A stretch of 64,000 nucleotides of DNA from Lingula anatina (taxonomy: Eukaryota > Animalia > Brachiopoda), in NCBI GenBank assembly GCA_051362555.1, contig CM120645.1, positions 14,446,001 through 14,510,000 on the forward strand. Direction: 5' to 3'. Under the pieces are notes generated by a model that saw nothing but the letters and a program-made list of their open reading frames with translations, made no database searches and was not told where the DNA came from. Shown here in pieces: positions 60,585 through 64,000 of the stretch. Each line of letters begins with the position of its first letter. Position 1 is the first letter of the stretch. A program made the translations under genes and the position numbers.

Positions 60585-63500
60585 ATTCTCAGGGCTGTTT
60601 AATTGCTTTCCAGAACACGTGCATAATTAAATCTATTTTATTATTATGTGTGTTAATTAATGAGCTTAAGGGGCATGTATTCACACTGATGAAATGTTCA
60701 CTCTGTGTTTGGAGGAATTCTTTTGATGTTTATGTCTTTTCATGCCGCTCATTCTGATTATCCAAATTAGTATGAGGGTATTGTCCATACTGTATGTGTT
60801 CATTGTACTTGTGGATTGGACTTGGCAGGATAAGCAATGCTGACACTGACACTGTTAGTGACACTGGTGAACCTTGTCATATTAGCACATTGCCACGATG
60901 CCCTGAACTGAATGACTCGAGTGCGATTTTTTTTCTGATATCGTCTTCAAGTTTTACCCTGAATTTTTTGTGTATGTGTATGATTGTTTTGTAACAGTTA
61001 TTTTTTTTAATTGGATGTCATATTATATCTAAATTATCAAAGGGTTTGAAGTAAGAAGGCTGTTTTGATAGAATTTTAACATTTTTCCCAATTTTATTAA
61101 TAATTTTATACTCTTCATGAAATAGCCACAGAATACTAGATTTCTATTCATTACTGATAAGTGCCTTCTACATATCTTGCTATATTTTTCATGTACAGAA
61201 ATGTAAAGCTGAAGTGTCTCTGAAATAATTGCAAAAGTGGAATTTAAAAAAAAAAAAAAAAAATTGCACATGTTCTGTACTCAGAAGCAGCCTGTTTTGA
61301 AGTTCAAAGAAAAACTTTGTGATTGGATATGAAGCTATAATTAAGTTGAAAAAAAAAACACACGAGGCTTTCTGCTATGATGAAGAGGCTTTCTATTATG
61401 ATAAAATAATGCAACACATTTATAAATTTGCCCTTTTATACTATTCTGCATTTAAGTCTGTAAAACCCAAAATTTATGTTCAAGCATTTGGAAAAATCAT
61501 TGACAGTCTAAATAGATGCAAACACAATTATACAAGAGGCTAAAAAAAAAACTGCAAAATTATTATGCAAAAAACGGACTGTAGTAATGATCATGATGTT
61601 CATATAAAGACACCCTAATTACATGATAAATGTGAAAGGTCAGTTATTAAGTTAAACATTATACAGTCATGTAAATCTCCTCTAGCCAAGTGCCGCCTAC
61701 AGTGAAGCACTGTTGATAGCATTTGATTAAACACAATAAAATGTAAAAGTTCTTTCTAAATTAATTCACTGAGATAATTATCATAATAACAACTTAAGCT
61801 TGACTTCAGTTTCTGAGCCTTCGGAAGCTAAAGATATTTAGTTTTGACAAACTGCAATTACGGTCATTGTTATGGAAAGAGGAAATGGATCCCCCCGCAG
61901 AGAAGGTTGTGCAACACGAAAAAATATGCAATAAGTATCAGTCTTCAAGAGACGGAAACTAGTTTAGAGGACAGATGGGTCTGCATTTCAATTGCAGTGG
62001 TGAAAAGCTGAAAGAAAATTCGCCGAGGCACTAGAAAATTCACTGAGGCAGTGTCATTGTTTTTTTTCATCACAGATCAAAAGAAAGCTAATACATTGTA
62101 TTTGTAAAAAAAAACTTGTAAGCCTAGACTTAATCCGTAATGGGACACGTAATTAAATTTCTTATTTAACATATCTCATATTTCAGTAAAGATGTTTTCG
62201 AAAAATTTGTGATACATTCAATTTTGTAAAGAAATAAAAGAGTAAGGATTCCTTTACATCCATGATGAATTTCATTTCTTTCTGAACTTCAACATTTATA
62301 AGATTAATAATGTGCTACACCTGCATGCATATCAACCTAAAAGTCAAAGGAAGTTTTCTTGATTACAGCTTTTGTTAATTTTACGTGTTAATATGTGATG
62401 CTCTGACTTGGATAATGATAAAATTGTCCCCAGTACCAAAAATATCGACTCCATTCCATTTCATTCCTAACTTCAAAATCATTTATACTCGTATTTCATG
62501 TCCTTCATTTTATTTAATATGTACTATAACAGTAATAATCTTCACTGCAATATTACATGCTTATCACTGTAAATAGGTTTGTGCGTAAGAGTCTGCATTT
62601 GTGTGTATGCTTGTATATGTATGCATGTACCTGGTAATTAATTCTTTTTGAATATTGGCCATTTTTCTATCATAATACAAAGCTCCATTTAAACAATTAT
62701 TAATGATATACATACAATGTGTATTAAAACTACATTTAGTAATTTGTTAAGTTTATATTTTGATTTTAACCAGATTAATGAAAAACAACATTTCTTTTAG
62801 GTGGCAAAAAACCCTCCCCCAAACGGGGACCTCCACCTCCCCTTCCAAGGGCAGATGAAGTTCCAGAGCACTCTACCACTGCTGTAAAACATGGAAAAGA
62901 TCACAGTAGCACAATCTCAGTGAATTCAGCAGCCTCCCAGTCTGGAGAGACTGACAATGCAGTATCCACAGTCCCAAAGAAAACTGTAGACACAGCAACC
63001 TCTAATTCAAAAGTGACTAATACAACTGTATCGCCAGTGCCAAAAGACAATACCCCCATCACAGAAGAAGGGTCCAAGTCTGAGAACACTAGTCCCTCAG
63101 ATGGCGTACCTGTTATGAGACGAAAAAGCATAGGACCTGGTATTGATATACCAGAATCCTTGGGGGAGGACCTCATTGAACTGGTGCGGAGGAACACCAA
63201 GTTGAGCTATGAACTTTCAAGGGTTGCCGTGGGAACTGTTGTCAGCACCTTAAAAGACAAAATTCCTGGAGTTGCCATGGCAATGGACGAGGTTTTAAAG
63301 AATCTTCTGCACACACAGGTGGGGATGGCATTGACTTATGCCCAATAAGTGATTTGTTTTCATTATTGTTCAGTGAAATGCAAGTATGACATTTTTTAAA
63401 ATTTATTTGTACCTATATCTTCTATGCAAAAATATTTTCATATTACAGATTGCAGAAGTCGACTTCAAAAATGTTCGGTATGACTATATGCTATTGTGTT

Positions 63501-63704
63501 CTCTCCCATATTCTTTAAATCTATCAGATATTATTTTTTCAGAGAGAGTCTCACAGCCTGGAAGGCAGTCAAGATGCAGTAAGACTTCAAGTGATATTTT
63601 CTGAGATCTCTGCTTGCAAAGACGACTCTCAGCAGCGAGGCTGGTCCCTCTATGAAGATGAATCAGTCATACTGGAATACTTAGAGGAGCTGTTATCAAT
63701 ACTT
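36332..63704 (+). CDS. NCKIPSD: NCK-interacting protein with SH3 domain (SPIN90/WISH), exons 1-5; continues beyond the window
   Basis: Exons 36332-36499 (SH3: MFRALYDF...WWLV...GYVP), 53810-53922 ([14 protein letters not shown]...[13 protein letters not shown]), 54146-~54246 (KLVQHRK, Pro-rich), 62801-63318 ([18 protein letters not shown]) and 63543-63704 ([15 protein letters not shown]). Splice phases are consistent and the motifs match recalled SPIN90 sequence. Confidence 0.9.
38617..38690. mobile_element. 74-bp dispersed repeat, second copy
   Basis: GATTGCATTCAGCAAGAGTCCC...CAATGGGAATGAGCTC, homologous to 35201-35274. Confidence 0.55.
39185..39332. mobile_element. PIF/Harbinger-like MITE, same family as 17801-17947
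   Basis: Reverse-complement similarity over the full length, with TIR GGCTCCGTAACTCGAAAGCA. Confidence 0.75.
39899..40154 (+). promoter_or_regulatory. Candidate internal promoter and first exon of the nested plus-strand SLC26 gene
   Basis: TATATAAG at 39899, a short [21 protein letters not shown] (40101-40154), and a consensus donor G|GTAAGT. The assignment to the SLC26 gene is an inference. Confidence 0.35.
45729..45899. mobile_element. hAT-like MITE (degenerate)
   Basis: TIRs TGGGGTAGTGCTAAC and GCTAGCACTACCCTA, with inner TTAGCCAAAT/ATTTGGCTAA repeats. No target-site duplication was seen. Confidence 0.55.
46856..49201 (+). CDS. SLC26/SulP anion transporter (prestin/SLC26A5/A6-like), intronless CDS, nested on the same strand in NCKIPSD intron 1
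   Basis: Uninterrupted ORF with [45 protein letters not shown] and a STAS domain ([24 protein letters not shown]). The first in-frame ATG is at 46856; the ATG at 47000 (MAST) corresponds to the paralog's start. Confidence 0.93.
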   Translation: MKKTAHSGSQPWLPRFGDLDKQSSMPLLTTEELERKEVQNDKDSTPIKMASTSGQGNGHFNNGVTPHGHGTHEILTMEAFHQRHPPEFPTFSAKTEIKKKIAKNCTGSKDCVLKVLFTLFPFLNVLRTYKIREYLVGDIVSGLSVGVLHIAQGMGFGLLASLQPIHGLYSSFFPVLLYFIFGTSRHISFGTMALTAILVAEVVDREYPKFIDPMTLDSNSSLNATVDGVTMDDEILEVKVGIAMALTLLCGIIQVGMGIFRLGFVTTYLSDAFVGGFTTGAAFHITTSQVKTMLGLKIKGFSGPFMLILTYVEVFKNIAKTNILSLVISALCIIVIISVKICINQRFSHKLKVPIPIDLIIMIIMTLVSHFANLNDNFGVAVIGSVPQGFPPPRVPPLEHAGNFAVESLVLAIVGFAISISMAKVFTVKYHYQLDNNQELLAYGLSNGISSFFRCFVSAVAPPRCMLHDSTGGKTMVHSVVSAILVFIVIMAISPLLVSVPKCVLASIIVAAMQKLLMQFEHLPALWRVSACDFFIWLVTWLAVVVLDISMGLGIGLGFSFITVVIRTQFAKGFTLTKTDGMDNFVSAQHYPDIKDLSSSSVKIFQYQSALYFANVELFKDKLFKLVGKPEEEKTDGDVEREMKEVNGSPVANGKEDEVDGKGDADSAQKEDGILTSVSSSTESINQFVLIIDCARIVFIDSAGIKCLRLLYNEYKSLGITVFMAGCTEEVFLTLQNGNFFDTFPPSNVFMSLQDAYDMALTVETGDRRQDQNDAPCQTRM
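49716..50272. mobile_element. PIF/Harbinger-like non-autonomous element with near-perfect ~160-bp TIRs
   Basis: GAGCGCATTCTCAACG...CGTTGAGAATGCGCTC with AAA on both flanks. The interior is a shorter version of 1016-1763. Confidence 0.88.
52472..52725. mobile_element. Degenerate palindromic MITE (Harbinger-like ends)
   Basis: GACTCCATTCCCATACCTAGATCGATCTAGCAG pairs with CTGTTAGATCAATCTAGATATGGGAACG, and the imperfect pairing continues inward. Confidence 0.65.
54018..54112 (+). mobile_element. Truncated 5' end of a second HINE-type element
   Basis: A TTATTACCTC-tgccaag-GAGGTTATGTTTT hairpin followed by a (TGTT/TGTC)n microsatellite, the typical HINE 5' module. Confidence 0.55.
54334..54362. 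repeat. (TG)n microsatellite
   Basis: Directly visible. Another lies at about 60553-60582. Confidence 0.9.
56797..58965 (-). CDS. SLC26/SulP anion transporter paralog, intronless CDS, nested antisense in NCKIPSD intron 3
   Basis: 722-aa ORF with the same SulP and STAS motifs and long identical peptide blocks shared with the plus-strand copy. A probable 68-bp 5'UTR intron lies at 59085-59018 (GTAAGT...TTTCCCAG). Confidence 0.94.
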   Translation of the reverse strand: MASESTAELLYSGVSAETFPQRQQNTIVTQEEFNQENPPHYPAMMSMKKQLQQKKCKEDCWMNTLFMLFPFLRVLYTYKIKEYLVGDIISGLSVGVLHIAQGMGFGLLASLQPIHGLYSSFFPLLLYFFFGTSRHISFGTMALTAILVAEVVNREYPKYAGDTNAGSNSSSNASLDQTTDITGDEVMSVKLEIAMSLSLVTGIIQVGMGIFRLGFVTTYLSDAFVGGFTTGAAFHITTSQVKTMLGLKIKGFSGPFNLIFTYMEIFKKITDTNIASLCISAMCLVVILLVKVCINQRFSKKLKVPIPIDLIVLIIGTVASHFMNLKDTYGVAVIGTVAQGIPPPSVPPLNIASNFIIDAVILAIVSFAISISMAKIFTTKYHYDVDNNQELLAYGLSNGIGSFFGCFVGAVAPPRTMLHDSAGGKTQVHSVVSAILVLIVILALSPLFASLPNCVLAAVIVAALQKLFMQFENLPRLWRVSMCDFFIWFMTWMAVVVLDIGTGLGVGIAFSFITVVMRTQFARGYTLVKTDDMDKFVSTQHYPNIPKPPSSSNINIFQFQSALYFANAELFKEKLFKMVGKPHEVKTHKSGNEDIERAENSNESADSRGVMGKNAENNSVSKETETRPSDSSSNSAQSILILDCTRIVFIDSSGIKALSQVYSEYKHLGVTVFMAGCTEGVYQALQNGNYFDLFPSGYVFMTLIDAYHMAVMCLGSDSKTVL

Positions 63705-64000
63705 GTAAGGAATCTTAGGATGCACATATTAGTTTTTTTAGGATGCCCTCTCCCTCCCCTCCTCCTAGGCATCAAAGTTATTTTAAAACCCTTTTTAAAA
63801 TTGACTCTGAAGTTCCTTACCATCTGTAAAAAGTTTTCATAATTAAGCAATTTAAGTCCTGTTTTTTCACTAACCTGAGAACTTGTGACTTCAATCTACT
63901 TGTCTCTCTTTAATTTTATTTCCAAGTAGTTTTAACAATTAAAATTATCCTTGAAGAAAAAATTGCATGTGTACTTTGACTTTTTTCAATTTAAAACATT

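Overview
AT-rich, intron-containing animal genomic DNA, probably from an invertebrate. A lophotrochozoan such as a mollusc is my guess, but the sequence does not prove it. Left to right: the last two exons of a Limulus factor C-like serine protease (+); a complete 30-exon TUBGCP6 gene (-, 35603 to 2899); and, head-to-head with it, the first five exons of NCKIPSD/SPIN90 (+, from 36332). Three transporter-related genes are nested in introns of these two cytoskeletal genes. A 12-exon SLC3A1/rBAT-like gene (+) lies in TUBGCP6 intron 28. Two SLC26 paralogs with intronless CDSs lie in NCKIPSD intron 1 (same strand) and intron 3 (opposite strand), forming an inverted pair around host exons 2-3. Repeats include a 4.5-kb Helentron-type non-autonomous element carrying about 23 copies of a 146-bp unit, each with a perfect AGGTCA-A-AGGTCA direct repeat. 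There are also many PIF/Harbinger-like and hAT-like MITEs, a 4-kb long-TIR element with nested insertions, and three tandem duplications that straddle a splice donor, a splice acceptor and a stop codon. Gene identities rest on remembered family motifs and hand-checked splice phases; no database search was run.
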